Positions 23,207-32,544 of a DNA stretch of 39,845 bases are shown piece by piece. This DNA comes from a virus. Position numbers and translations under genes: made by a program. Location: the IMG/VR virus record IMGVR_UViG_3300006147_000054. The stretch is one strand, 5' to 3'. The notes below the pieces were generated by a model. It was not told where the DNA came from. It saw nothing but the letters and a program-made list of their open reading frames with translations, and ran no database searches. The first letter of the stretch is position 1, and every line of letters begins with the position of its first letter.

Positions 23207-23764
23207 ATGAAAAGAAAACAATTAGAAGAGCTTGGATTACAAGAAGAGCAGATTAAAAAGATCATGGATTTAAACGGCGAAGACATTCAAAATGCTAAGG
23301 ATAAAGCAAGTGCTAGCAATGCTGAAATCTTAGAAGAGAATGAAGCTCTTAAGTCCCAGATGAGTGAAAGAGATAAGGATTTAAAGAAGTTGCGCTCTCA
23401 AGTCAAAGATAATGAAGACTTGACTAAGCAATTTAATGATTTAAAGAGTAAGTATGACAAGGATACGGCTGACCTTACTCAAAAACTTGCTACTAATCGT
23501 TTAAATAGTGCAATTGACCAATCATTAAGCAAAGCTAACGCTCGTAATAATAAGGCTGTTAAAGGTCTTTTGAACATGGACGAAATTAAGCTTGGTGATG
23601 ATGGTAATTTAACTGGTTTAGACGATCAAATTAAATCTTTGCAGAAATCTGATGGTTATTTATTTGATGAAGGTAGTAAACAAGATTACCAACCAAATAA
23701 TGGAAAACCCGCTAACGCTGATCCAGTCCAAGCAATGGTTGATATATTTAAAGGAGACAAATAA
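23207..23764 (+). CDS. Scaffolding protein (GP20-like)
   Basis: 185 aa, coiled-coil. The N-terminus LEELGLQEEQIKKIMDLNGEDIQNAK is typical. It precedes the capsid gene. Confidence 0.75.
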   Translation: MKRKQLEELGLQEEQIKKIMDLNGEDIQNAKDKASASNAEILEENEALKSQMSERDKDLKKLRSQVKDNEDLTKQFNDLKSKYDKDTADLTQKLATNRLNSAIDQSLSKANARNNKAVKGLLNMDEIKLGDDGNLTGLDDQIKSLQKSDGYLFDEGSKQDYQPNNGKPANADPVQAMVDIFKGDK

Positions 23765-24843
23765 TGGCAATTAATTACGCTGATAAATATCAAAAAGCAG
23801 TTATTGATGGTTTTTATCCAGACGTTTTATATTCAAGCGCTTTGTGGCAATCACCATCTAACAAAACAATTAATTTTTTAGATGCAAAACATATTAAAGT
23901 TCCACGATTATCAATTTTATCTGGACGTCAAGACCGTGAAAGACGTACTATTACGCAACCAGCAGCCAACTACTCATTAGATTATGATGTTTATGAATTA
24001 ACCAATGAACGTTACTGGAGTACGCTAGTTGATCCATCAGACATTGATGAAAGTAATCAACTGCTATCAATCGCTAACATTACTAGACAATACAACTTAG
24101 ATAGTAAAATGCCTGAAAAGGATAGAGAAATGTTTTCTAAGTTGTTCAGTCAACGTCAAGCAGTTAATACTTCCGAGGGATTAGATGAAAATGCTGGTAT
24201 CCATTCAGAAAGTTTAGACGCAAAAAACGTTTTACACGCTTATGATCAAATGATGCGTAACTTTGACCGTGCAAGAATTCCAGCCCAAGGACGTATCTTG
24301 TACGTTGATACTGGCACTTATTACATGCTTAAGGACGCAGAAGCAATTAATAGAACAATTATCGTAAGTGATGCACAAAATATTAACCGTTCTGTACGTT
24401 CACTTGATGAAGTTACTATTGTTCCTGTGCCAGAAGATTTGTTCCAAACTAAGTTTGATTTCACTAATGGTTCTAAAACTGTTGATGATGCTAAGCAGAT
24501 TAAGATGATGCTTATTTTCAACGGTGTTCAAATTTCTCCTGAAAAGTATGATTTCGTTGGATTAGATGCGCCAGCTGCTGCAAATTCTGGAAACTGGCTA
24601 TACTACGAACAAAGTTATGATGATGTTCTTTTACTTAAGCCTAAATTTAAGGGAATTGAGTTCTTTGTTGCTGAAAAGGACGCAGATGGTAATTCTAATC
24701 CTGCTGAACGTAAGCAAACAAAAGAAGATGCTAAACCTGACGAAAATAATACTGTAGATGAAATCAAGGCTTACTTAGATAAGGCTGGCATTGATTACGC
24801 TGGTAAGACTAAGAAAGACGAGTTATTAGCTTTAGTGAAGTAG
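23764..24843 (+). CDS. Major capsid protein with a C-terminal HeH/SAP-like motif
   Basis: 359 aa directly after the scaffold gene (ATAATG overlap). The C-terminal tail is TVDEIKAYLDKAGIDYAGKTKKDELLALVK. Confidence 0.75.
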   Translation: MAINYADKYQKAVIDGFYPDVLYSSALWQSPSNKTINFLDAKHIKVPRLSILSGRQDRERRTITQPAANYSLDYDVYELTNERYWSTLVDPSDIDESNQLLSIANITRQYNLDSKMPEKDREMFSKLFSQRQAVNTSEGLDENAGIHSESLDAKNVLHAYDQMMRNFDRARIPAQGRILYVDTGTYYMLKDAEAINRTIIVSDAQNINRSVRSLDEVTIVPVPEDLFQTKFDFTNGSKTVDDAKQIKMMLIFNGVQISPEKYDFVGLDAPAAANSGNWLYYEQSYDDVLLLKPKFKGIEFFVAEKDADGNSNPAERKQTKEDAKPDENNTVDEIKAYLDKAGIDYAGKTKKDELLALVK

Positions 24844-24851
24844 GTGGTTAG

Positions 24852-25241
24852 ATGGATAAATACCCACGATTTGAAGAGGTTAAAAAACATTTAGCTGATT
24901 TTCTGCCTAATACTGATAACATGCCCAACTATGATAGCGTATTGGAATTTACGCTAGAGAAAGTTATTTCTGATGTTTCAATTTACACGAATATTCCAAT
25001 CTTAGAGCTACCAGAAGAGCTTGAACCAACTATTTTAGGTTTGGCAGTGCAAACTATTGACACTCATCAATGGCTAGTACCTAAAGACCAGCAAGTTGGC
25101 AATATTCAGTCATTATCAGAGGGTGATACATCAGTTTCTTTTAGATCTCCAAGTGATATTTATTCAGCATTGCAGGCTACTAACACAATCACTGATAACT
25201 ATGTGATGCTTTTAAACAATTTTAGAAGGTTGGCCCAATGA
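24852..25241 (+). CDS. Head-tail connector (gp6-like)
   Basis: 129 aa, first gene after the capsid gene. Confidence 0.6.
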   Translation: MDKYPRFEEVKKHLADFLPNTDNMPNYDSVLEFTLEKVISDVSIYTNIPILELPEELEPTILGLAVQTIDTHQWLVPKDQQVGNIQSLSEGDTSVSFRSPSDIYSALQATNTITDNYVMLLNNFRRLAQ

Positions 25242-25600
25242 GTTACTTTAACGGCTTAAAAAATGCACTTCCTAAGCTATGGAATGATCGAGTTAAAATT
25301 GTGGGTACTCAGCCAACCAAACATGGCTACATCACTAATAACGAAGATGTGACTATTGTTGAAGATGAACCAGCTAAGGTTGTCCTAAAAGGACAATCAG
25401 CAAGTGAACAATCTTTCTTTGGGACTGATGAGTATGATGCAAAATTAATTATTCGAAATGGCATTAAAATACCTGCTGGAGCGGATATTTACGTGACTGA
25501 TGGAAATGGTCAAGAAACTAAGTATAAACGTGCCAGCAAAGGATATAGTGGTTATTTTAGCCATCAGGAAGTAGCAATGGTTAGGAGTGAAAAAGCATGA
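25238..25600 (+). CDS. Head closure / head-tail adaptor protein
   Basis: 120 aa. Assigned from its position in the connector series, with 4-nt overlaps on both sides. Confidence 0.55.
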   Translation: MSYFNGLKNALPKLWNDRVKIVGTQPTKHGYITNNEDVTIVEDEPAKVVLKGQSASEQSFFGTDEYDAKLIIRNGIKIPAGADIYVTDGNGQETKYKRASKGYSGYFSHQEVAMVRSEKA

Positions 25601-26031
25601 GTTTAGGACATGTTGACGATGCTCAATTTCAGCAATTTGCTAGCAGAGTGAGACAGAAGATTGACAGTGGCTATGTGAAACAGGAGCTTGGAAAGAGTTC
25701 TAAGCGTATTGGTACTCAGTCATTGCGAATTCTAAAAGCAAATACTCCTGTAAAGCAAGGTAACCTCCGCAGATCATGGACGACAGAAGGACCGAGCTAT
25801 GGTGGCGGTGGTTGGACGATCAAATTAATTAACAATGCTGAATATGCTTCTTGGGTTGAAAGTGGTCATAGGCAGACACCAGGTAGATATGTACCAGTAC
25901 TTAAAAAGTGTTTGGTTAGAGATTGGGTGCCTGGCCAGTGGTACATGAAAAAATCTATTCCACAGATCCAAAGGCAATTGCCACAATTGGTAACAGAGGG
26001 ACTGTGGAGTTTAAAGGACTTGTTTGAATGA
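25597..26031 (+). CDS. HK97 gp10-like neck protein
   Basis: Motifs NTPVKQGNLRRSW and NNAEYASWVESGH. Confidence 0.7.
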   Translation: MSLGHVDDAQFQQFASRVRQKIDSGYVKQELGKSSKRIGTQSLRILKANTPVKQGNLRRSWTTEGPSYGGGGWTIKLINNAEYASWVESGHRQTPGRYVPVLKKCLVRDWVPGQWYMKKSIPQIQRQLPQLVTEGLWSLKDLFE

Positions 26032-26480
26032 CAATAGTTGAAAGAATAGCCAAACGAATATCAGAGATATTCCCTGATGTGACAATTTATTCAGAAAGAC
26101 AAAAAAGCGGATTTGAAGTGCCGTCATTCTACATCAGTAAGATAATGACGATTACTAAGAACCGCTTTTTTGATATTCAAGATAGGCACTTGTCTTACTC
26201 AATAACCTATTTTGCTAATCCAGATCAACCTAACGCTGATATGGAAGAAGTAGAGCAAAAATTACTGAATAATTTCACTAGATTAGATGATTATGCAACT
26301 GTTCGAAACCGTGAAACCACTGTTAATCAAGAAGATGAAACTCTAGTAATGAGTTTTGATTTGAGGTTAGAGATGTATCCAGTTGAAGACGGTGGAAAGC
26401 TAGAAAGGATTGAAGTTAATGGCGGACTCCAAGAAGACGGAAACCGAGATTCTGGTGGGCAAAATGAAAGTGCCTATTAA
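26028..26480 (+). CDS. Tail completion / terminator-type protein
   Basis: 150 aa, last connector-series gene before the sheath gene. Confidence 0.5.
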   Translation: MTIVERIAKRISEIFPDVTIYSERQKSGFEVPSFYISKIMTITKNRFFDIQDRHLSYSITYFANPDQPNADMEEVEQKLLNNFTRLDDYATVRNRETTVNQEDETLVMSFDLRLEMYPVEDGGKLERIEVNGGLQEDGNRDSGGQNESAY

Positions 26481-26637
26481 AGTTGAAGACGTTAAATTCA
26501 CAAAACAAGCTTTGATTTCAAGTCCTAAGTTCTCAGTTATTGAACGGGATATTTTGAAATTAGCTTTAGATGATGACAAGGAATACACAATTGCTGAAGT
26601 TCAAAAGGCAGTTGAAAAATTTAAGGAGGGATATTAA
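26464..26637 (+). CDS. Small hypothetical structural-module protein
   Basis: 57 aa from the ATG at 26464; an alternative ATG lies at 26419. It ends at the sheath gene start. Confidence 0.45.
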   Translation: MKVPIKVEDVKFTKQALISSPKFSVIERDILKLALDDDKEYTIAEVQKAVEKFKEGY

Positions 26638-27992
26638 TGGCAGGTGGAACTTGGAAAGCACAGGACAAGCGTAGACCGGGCGCTTATATCAATGTCGTTG
26701 GTAATGGTCAAAGAGAAGTAACTTCTTCTCTAGGGAGAGTTTTGTTGGTTCGTGATAAAGGTTTAGGCTGGGGCAAGACTGGCGTTGTTGAAGTAGATGC
26801 TAATGCTGATTTTACTAAGAAACTTGGTACTACTTTAGATGATCCAGCATTGACGGCACTTAAAGAAACTTTAAAAGGGGCTTCTAAAGTATTAGTTCTT
26901 AATCCGAATGAGGGAACGGCAGCAACTTTAACCAAGGAAGGTTTACCTTGGACTATTACAGCTAACTATCCGGGTGAAAAAGGTAATCAAATTACCGTTA
27001 GTGTTGAGGTTAGTCCAGCAGATCCAAATACAGCTACTGTTTCGACTATCTTTGGCACTAAGTTAGTTGATGAACAAGTTGTGAAGTTTGATGCCTTAGA
27101 TGAATTTAAAGGCAATGACTATATCACTGCAAAAGAAGTAGCAGATGGCAGTTCAAAACCTGCTGCCTTTACTAATGTTTCTGGTGCTTTAACTGGTGGA
27201 GCAACTACTGAATCTAAGCAAGTCGAAACATTATTAAGTGACGCTTTAGAAAATGAAGAATACGCTGTTGTCACTACTGCTGGTTTTGAACCATCAAGCA
27301 ACATGAATAAATTGGTTATTGAAGCAGTAAAACGTCTACGTGAAAACGAAGGACGTAAAGTTAGAGGAGTAATCCCTACTGATGCAAGTACTGTCTACAA
27401 CTATGAAGGTATTTCAACTGTTGTTAATGGCTACACTCTGGGCGATGGAACTAATGTTGATGTTAAAGATGCCACAGGTTTCTTTGCTGGTATTTCAGCA
27501 TCAGCAGATGCAGCAACTTCTTTAACTTATTTTGATGTTGAAGATGCTATCTCTGCATATCCTAAGCTTGATAACGAAAAGACGATCAAGGCATTAGATG
27601 CTGGTCAAATTGTATTTACCACAAGACCAGGGCAAAGAGTGGTTATTGAACAAGATATTAACTCATTACATAAATTCACTGCTGAAAAGCCAATGGCTTT
27701 CTCAAAGAACCGTGTAATAAGAACACTTGATGAAATTGCTACTGATACTGAAAACACTTTTGAAAGAGTCTATTTAGGTAAGGTTGGTAACAATGCGAAT
27801 GGTCGAGACTTGTTCAAGGCTGATAGAATTGCTTACTTAACTGGCTTGCAAAACAGAAATATTATTCAAGCGTTCGCTAATACTGATATCACGGTAGAAG
27901 CAGGTAATGATGTTGATTCTATTGTTGTTAACTTAGCAGTTACTCCAGTTGATGCAATGGAAAAACTTTACATGACTATGGTAGTTAGATAG
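26637..27992 (+). CDS. Contractile tail sheath protein (XkdK-like)
   Basis: 451 aa. The N-terminus MAGGTWKAQDKRRPGAYINV is typical of Firmicute sheath proteins. Confidence 0.85.
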   Translation: MAGGTWKAQDKRRPGAYINVVGNGQREVTSSLGRVLLVRDKGLGWGKTGVVEVDANADFTKKLGTTLDDPALTALKETLKGASKVLVLNPNEGTAATLTKEGLPWTITANYPGEKGNQITVSVEVSPADPNTATVSTIFGTKLVDEQVVKFDALDEFKGNDYITAKEVADGSSKPAAFTNVSGALTGGATTESKQVETLLSDALENEEYAVVTTAGFEPSSNMNKLVIEAVKRLRENEGRKVRGVIPTDASTVYNYEGISTVVNGYTLGDGTNVDVKDATGFFAGISASADAATSLTYFDVEDAISAYPKLDNEKTIKALDAGQIVFTTRPGQRVVIEQDINSLHKFTAEKPMAFSKNRVIRTLDEIATDTENTFERVYLGKVGNNANGRDLFKADRIAYLTGLQNRNIIQAFANTDITVEAGNDVDSIVVNLAVTPVDAMEKLYMTMVVR

Positions 27993-28003
27993 GAGGAACA
28001 TAG

Positions 28004-28459
28004 ATGGCAATTACAGATGATTTCTTAAACGGTCGAGATACTATTTCAACCAAAGATGCTACTTTATCTATTAAGATTAATGGCAATATCTACAAGATGA
28101 TTGAATGCAATAAGTTTACAGCTAAACTTGAAAAGAATAAGGAAGACGTCCAAACCTTGGGTTCTCACTGGAAGAGAAAGAAAACTACTTCTGTTGAAGG
28201 GACAGGAACTTTAGGCGGTTACTTAATTAATGCTAACTGGCTTAAATATGGTATTCCTTATACTCAAAACGGTGGAGATTTGTATTTTGATGCAACTTTA
28301 ACCATTCATGACCCAACTTCAAGAGCTGATAAACAAGTGGTTCATCTTTCTAATGTTAATTTAGACGATATTCCAATTGCAGATTTTGAAGCTGATGATG
28401 GCGTAATGGAATGGGAAAGTGACTTTACTTTCGAAGGTGTTAACTTAGTAGAAGGTTAG
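28004..28459 (+). CDS. Tail tube protein (XkdM-like)
   Basis: 151 aa, directly after the sheath gene. Confidence 0.8.
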   Translation: MAITDDFLNGRDTISTKDATLSIKINGNIYKMIECNKFTAKLEKNKEDVQTLGSHWKRKKTTSVEGTGTLGGYLINANWLKYGIPYTQNGGDLYFDATLTIHDPTSRADKQVVHLSNVNLDDIPIADFEADDGVMEWESDFTFEGVNLVEG

Positions 28460-28472
28460 TAGGAGAATTTAA

Positions 28473-28892
28473 ATGGCTGAAAGTGTTGAAGATTTTTTAT
28501 TTGAAAATGTTGGTAGTCCAGTAGAAGAAAAAGAAGTTAAGTTAGAGAGATTTAAATCTCCTTTTAAGATTAAGTCGTTGACCGCTGATGAAGTGTCAGA
28601 TCTTCGAAAGCAAGCAACTAAGCGAGTTCTTAACCGTAAAACTCATAAATATGAACAAGAAACTGACGAAAACCAATTTCAAGATTTAGTTGTGGCAGAA
28701 GCTGTTGTTTCTCCTAACTTAAACAATGAAAAACTCCAAACTTCATGGGGCTGTATTGCTAAGCCAGAAGAAGTTTTAAAGAAAATGCTTAAAGTTGGTG
28801 AATACACTGAGCTATCACAGGCAATTATGGACTTATCAGGTCTTAACGATGATGACAGTTCAGAAGACTTGGTTGAAGAAGCAAAAAACTAA
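28473..28892 (+). CDS. Tail assembly chaperone, short form (XkdN-like)
   Basis: 139 aa, between the tube and tape measure genes. Acidic C-terminus. Confidence 0.75.
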   Translation: MAESVEDFLFENVGSPVEEKEVKLERFKSPFKIKSLTADEVSDLRKQATKRVLNRKTHKYEQETDENQFQDLVVAEAVVSPNLNNEKLQTSWGCIAKPEEVLKKMLKVGEYTELSQAIMDLSGLNDDDSSEDLVEEAKN

Positions 28893-29083
28893 TAAATGAG
28901 TCTGTTGGCGATTTTAACATTTACCATTATGTTCTTAATGAGTATCATTGGACGCCTAAACAATGGGCGGAGATGTCAAGACGTGAGCAGGCTTTAGTCG
29001 TTGCTTCAATTGAAGTACGGCAAAAATATGAAAAAGAAGAAGAGCGTAAAGCTAAAAGAAAAGCTAGGTCTAAGCATATTTAG
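28473..29083 (+). CDS. Tail assembly chaperone, long form, made by a -1 programmed frameshift
   Basis: The slippery heptamer A_AAA_AAC at 28883-28889 sits one codon before the TAA. The -1 frame is open from 28877 to the TAG at 29081-29083 and has no start codon before 28973. Confidence 0.65.
28883..28889 (+). promoter_or_regulatory. -1 ribosomal frameshift slippery site
   Basis: AAAAAAC in X_XXY_YYZ register relative to the chaperone reading frame. Confidence 0.6.
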
Positions 29084-29126
29084 GCTTAGCTTTTTCTTTG
29101 TATCAAAAATAGAGAGGAGGTAGTAA

Positions 29127-32100
29127 ATGAGTACAATTAGTACCACCGTGAAAATTAATGATGCTTTTAGTAGTCCATTAGATAGATTATCTAGTGGTTT
29201 ACAAAAAGCTCAAAGTGGTATGAGTAAACTAAAACAAGCTATTTCTGGTGGATCTAGTGGCGGTGGTAGCATGTTCAAGTCCATGGTTGGCGGTACTGTT
29301 GTTGGTGGTGCAATTAACAAGGGAATGGAGCTAGCTGGGACTGGTATTAGGTCAATGTATGGTGAACTTGATGAAGCAAGTAAAGCTTGGCAAACATTTG
29401 AAGGAAACATGCATCAGTTAGGAAAAAGTCCTGCTGAAATTGCCACTGCTAAGAAGTCAATGCAACAATTTGCCCAACAGACAATCTATGGTGCATCAGA
29501 TATGGCAAGTACTTACTCACAATTGGCTGCTGTTGGTACAAAAAACGTGGATCAATTAGTTAGAGGTTTTGGTGGTTTAGCTGCTGCTTCTTCTAATCCA
29601 CAACAAGCTATGAAGACCTTGTCAGAGCAGGCAACTCAAATGGCTGCCAAGCCAATGGTGCAATGGCAAGACTTTAAACTTATGCTAGAACAAACTCCAG
29701 CAGGTATTTCTGCCGTTGCCAAGACAATGGGTGTAAGTACCCAGCAATTAATTAAGAACGTCCAAGATGGAAAGGTTAAAACCGAGGACTTCTTGAACGC
29801 AATAGCTAAAACAGGAACGAACGCCAACTTTACCAAAATGGCTACCCAATTCAAAACGGTTGGGCAAGCTATTGATGGTTTAAAGGAAACAATGGCTAAC
29901 AAATTGCAAGGTGCATTTGATCGCTTAGGTAAAGTTGGCATCAAATTTGTTTCTGATTTAACAGATCAACTTTCCAATGTTAATTTTGATGGATTTGTTG
30001 ATGGATTGTTTAAAGCTTTTGAAAGTTTAGAGCCTATTTTTGATAATTTAAAAAAAGGTTTTGAAGACTTTAAAAAAGGTTTCTCTGATTCTGGCGCTTT
30101 GAACTCACTAAAGGATACCTTTGAAAGTATTACAAAAGCTGTTGATAAATTAGTAAAAACGATGAGTAAGTCCAATGGTGGTGATAGCCTATTTAAACAG
30201 TTAGGTAAACTAGCTGGTGGTGCATTAGGTGGTGCTGCAAAAGCTATTTCTGGATTTGCAGAAGCATTAGGAAAATTAGACCCAGGTACAATTCAAATGT
30301 TAGCCCAAGCTTTTATCATCTTAAAAGGTGGATTGAAGGGACTATTCTTTGAAGCTGTAGTTTGGGGTTTAAAAGAACTTAATAAACTTGATCCCGGCAC
30401 AATTAAAAATATTGCAGAAGCTATAACGGCTTTAGCAGTGGCATTCACAATGTTGAAAGCCATGGGGAAAATTGGAGGCTGGATGAAAGAGGTATCAGGC
30501 TTCTTTAAAGGCCTAAAAGGGGCTAAAAAGATTAAAGCTCCTGAAATTGAGTCACCAAAAATGACTAAACCAGGTAAGATCTTAAGTAATGCTGGAGCAT
30601 ATATGAAACTGGGCGCAGCATTTGCCCTAGTTGGTGCTGGTGCATTAATGGTCGGCGCTGGATTTAAGTTGCTAGCTGATGCAGCTACTCAGATATCTAG
30701 TGCAGGTGGCGGTGCTATAGCAACATTCTTTGGAATGATTGCCGCTATTGCTGCATTAGTAGTCTTAGTTAGGTTCTTAGGCCCTGCATTGATTGGTGGA
30801 GCAATTGGTTTTGCTATTTTTGCGGCTGCGTTGCTCTTAATTGCTGTTGCTGTTTTAGTTGCTAGTGCTGGTATTGCTCTTTTAGCTACTCAACTCCCTA
30901 CTATTTCAGAATATGGGACTAGTGCAGCAGTTGGTTTACTTGCTTTAGCTGGTGCGATTGCTGTATTTGGCTTAGCCGCAATAGTTGGAGCTGTTGGAGT
31001 ACTTCTTTTAGGAGTTGCCTTAGTAGTTCTTGCAGTTGGTTTAGTTGCAGCAGGTGTTGGAGCATTAATTTTTGCTGTAGGTTTAGCCTTAGTTGGAATT
31101 ACTGCTCTAATTGCAGCTGTTGGTGTCTTACTTTTAGGAGTAGCAATTGCCTTGATTGCAGTAATGGTAGTAATTGCAGCAGTTGGAATGCTTCTATTCG
31201 GTGTGGCACTTGTCTTAGTTACAGCAATGGGGATTGTTGCTGCAATTGGCTTACTTTTGATGGGCGTTGCTTTAATGCTAATCATGGTTAGTGCAATGGT
31301 TGCTGCAGTCGGTTTAATTCTATTATCAGTAGCATTACTCTTAATTGGTCCAATGTCCTTAATCGCAGCTGTTGGATTATTGCTCTTAGGTGTTGCTTTA
31401 GTCCTAGTCATGGCGATGGGCTTAGTCGCCGCAGTTGGTATCTTGCTTTTAGGAGTTGGATTAGTTCTTGTTTCAGCTATGGCAATGGTCGCCGCAGTAG
31501 GTTTATTGTTGATGTCAGTTGCTTTAATGATGATTATGGTAACGGCGATGGTATCAGCAGTCGGGTTGATGCTTTTAGCTGTAGCTCTGGTATTAGTTGG
31601 TCCGATGGCAATGATTGCAGCAGTAGGCTTAATGCTACTAGCTGTAGCGGCAATCATGCTAGGAGCTGGATTGATGGTAGTAGCTGCTGCTGCTATGGCT
31701 GTTTCTGCTGCCTTAATTGCTGTAGGTGCTTCCGTAATGATTATGGTTTCATTCTTCATTATGGCTGGTTCTATGATGGTTTCAGCTATTACTAGCGCAA
31801 TGCACAATGTTGTTAGTGCTGTAAGAAGCGGGATTTCTAACGCTGTTAATGCTGCTAGAAGTTTCGGAAATGCTTTGGTTTCTGTTGGTAGGCAATTAAT
31901 TCAAGGTTTAGTTAACGGTATTAAATCTATGATTGGTGCAGCTGTTAGTGCCGTCCGAGGTGTGGCAAGTAAGGTAGTAAGTGCTGCTAAAAGCGTGCTT
32001 CACATTGGTTCTCCATCTAAATTATTTAGACAGTATGGTCGCTGGGTCGATCAAGGTTTAATTATTGGGTTGAATAGAGATGCTGGTGCAGCTGCTGATG

Positions 32101-32543
32101 CTTCAGCAAGTATGGCGCAAGGTGTTGTAGATGCAGCTTCTGGAATGTCTCCAACCTTAGACCCTATTGGATTAAGCGGTATAAATCCAGGAGATTTACT
32201 TGCAGCTGGATTTGATAGGGCACTGGACGCAATCAGCAATGTTGCTGGTGCAATTACTGGACTTGATGGATCAAGAGCTAATATTGGCATTTTCGGTCAA
32301 GGTGCAGTTTCTTCTAGTTCAGTTGGTAGCGATACAGTAACATCTGGCTCAATTGCTCCAAGTTCAGTATTGACTAATAACAACAGTAATAGCCAAACAG
32401 ACAATAGTACTCAAGTTCAAATTGATAAAGGCGCTATTGTCATCAATGCTTCTGGTGATCCAGATGCAGACGTAGACAAGATTTTAGACAAAATCGATCA
32501 AAAGATTATTGATAGACGTAATAAAGCTCTAGGAGGTGGTTAA
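29127..32543 (+). CDS. Tape measure protein with a greatly expanded hydrophobic repeat core
   Basis: 1138 aa, GAGGAGG RBS, located after the chaperone gene. Helical N-terminal part, about 400 aa of A/V/L/G/I/M-rich repeats, then a C-terminal region. Confidence 0.85.
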   Translation: MSTISTTVKINDAFSSPLDRLSSGLQKAQSGMSKLKQAISGGSSGGGSMFKSMVGGTVVGGAINKGMELAGTGIRSMYGELDEASKAWQTFEGNMHQLGKSPAEIATAKKSMQQFAQQTIYGASDMASTYSQLAAVGTKNVDQLVRGFGGLAAASSNPQQAMKTLSEQATQMAAKPMVQWQDFKLMLEQTPAGISAVAKTMGVSTQQLIKNVQDGKVKTEDFLNAIAKTGTNANFTKMATQFKTVGQAIDGLKETMANKLQGAFDRLGKVGIKFVSDLTDQLSNVNFDGFVDGLFKAFESLEPIFDNLKKGFEDFKKGFSDSGALNSLKDTFESITKAVDKLVKTMSKSNGGDSLFKQLGKLAGGALGGAAKAISGFAEALGKLDPGTIQMLAQAFIILKGGLKGLFFEAVVWGLKELNKLDPGTIKNIAEAITALAVAFTMLKAMGKIGGWMKEVSGFFKGLKGAKKIKAPEIESPKMTKPGKILSNAGAYMKLGAAFALVGAGALMVGAGFKLLADAATQISSAGGGAIATFFGMIAAIAALVVLVRFLGPALIGGAIGFAIFAAALLLIAVAVLVASAGIALLATQLPTISEYGTSAAVGLLALAGAIAVFGLAAIVGAVGVLLLGVALVVLAVGLVAAGVGALIFAVGLALVGITALIAAVGVLLLGVAIALIAVMVVIAAVGMLLFGVALVLVTAMGIVAAIGLLLMGVALMLIMVSAMVAAVGLILLSVALLLIGPMSLIAAVGLLLLGVALVLVMAMGLVAAVGILLLGVGLVLVSAMAMVAAVGLLLMSVALMMIMVTAMVSAVGLMLLAVALVLVGPMAMIAAVGLMLLAVAAIMLGAGLMVVAAAAMAVSAALIAVGASVMIMVSFFIMAGSMMVSAITSAMHNVVSAVRSGISNAVNAARSFGNALVSVGRQLIQGLVNGIKSMIGAAVSAVRGVASKVVSAAKSVLHIGSPSKLFRQYGRWVDQGLIIGLNRDAGAAADASASMAQGVVDAASGMSPTLDPIGLSGINPGDLLAAGFDRALDAISNVAGAITGLDGSRANIGIFGQGAVSSSSVGSDTVTSGSIAPSSVLTNNNSNSQTDNSTQVQIDKGAIVINASGDPDADVDKILDKIDQKIIDRRNKALGGG
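30921..31739 (+). repeat. Thirteen in-frame tandem 63-bp (21-aa) repeats within the tape measure gene
   Basis: Units of the type IAAVGxLLLGVALVLVxAMxx begin every 63 nt. I checked the phase at 31110, 31173, 31236, 31299 and 31614. The flanking units are more degenerate. Confidence 0.8.
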
Positions 32544-32544
32544 T

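Noticed and set aside
23101-23286. Minus-strand 61-aa ORF
   Set aside because: It spans a plus-strand terminator and the start of the scaffold gene, and it is antisense to the late operon.
24566-24757. Plus-strand 63-aa ORF in an alternative frame of the capsid gene
   Set aside because: It is fully embedded in the capsid coding sequence and has no RBS.
26410-26480. The overlap between 26028..26480 and the next ORF as a second programmed frameshift
   Set aside because: There is no slippery heptamer in the overlap. The downstream ORF has its own ATG candidates (26419, 26464).
30921-31739. Tandem repeats as a CRISPR array
   Set aside because: The repeats are contiguous, in frame and without spacers, inside a 1138-aa ORF. 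No cas genes are present.
30890-31807. 305-aa minus-strand ORF, and the other antisense ORFs inside the tape measure gene (29210..29410, 29636..29944, 29966..30175, 32051..32290)
   Set aside because: They are antisense to a well-supported structural gene, have no RBS, and encode low-complexity sequence produced by the GC-skewed repeat codons (Ala/Val/Leu codons read backwards).
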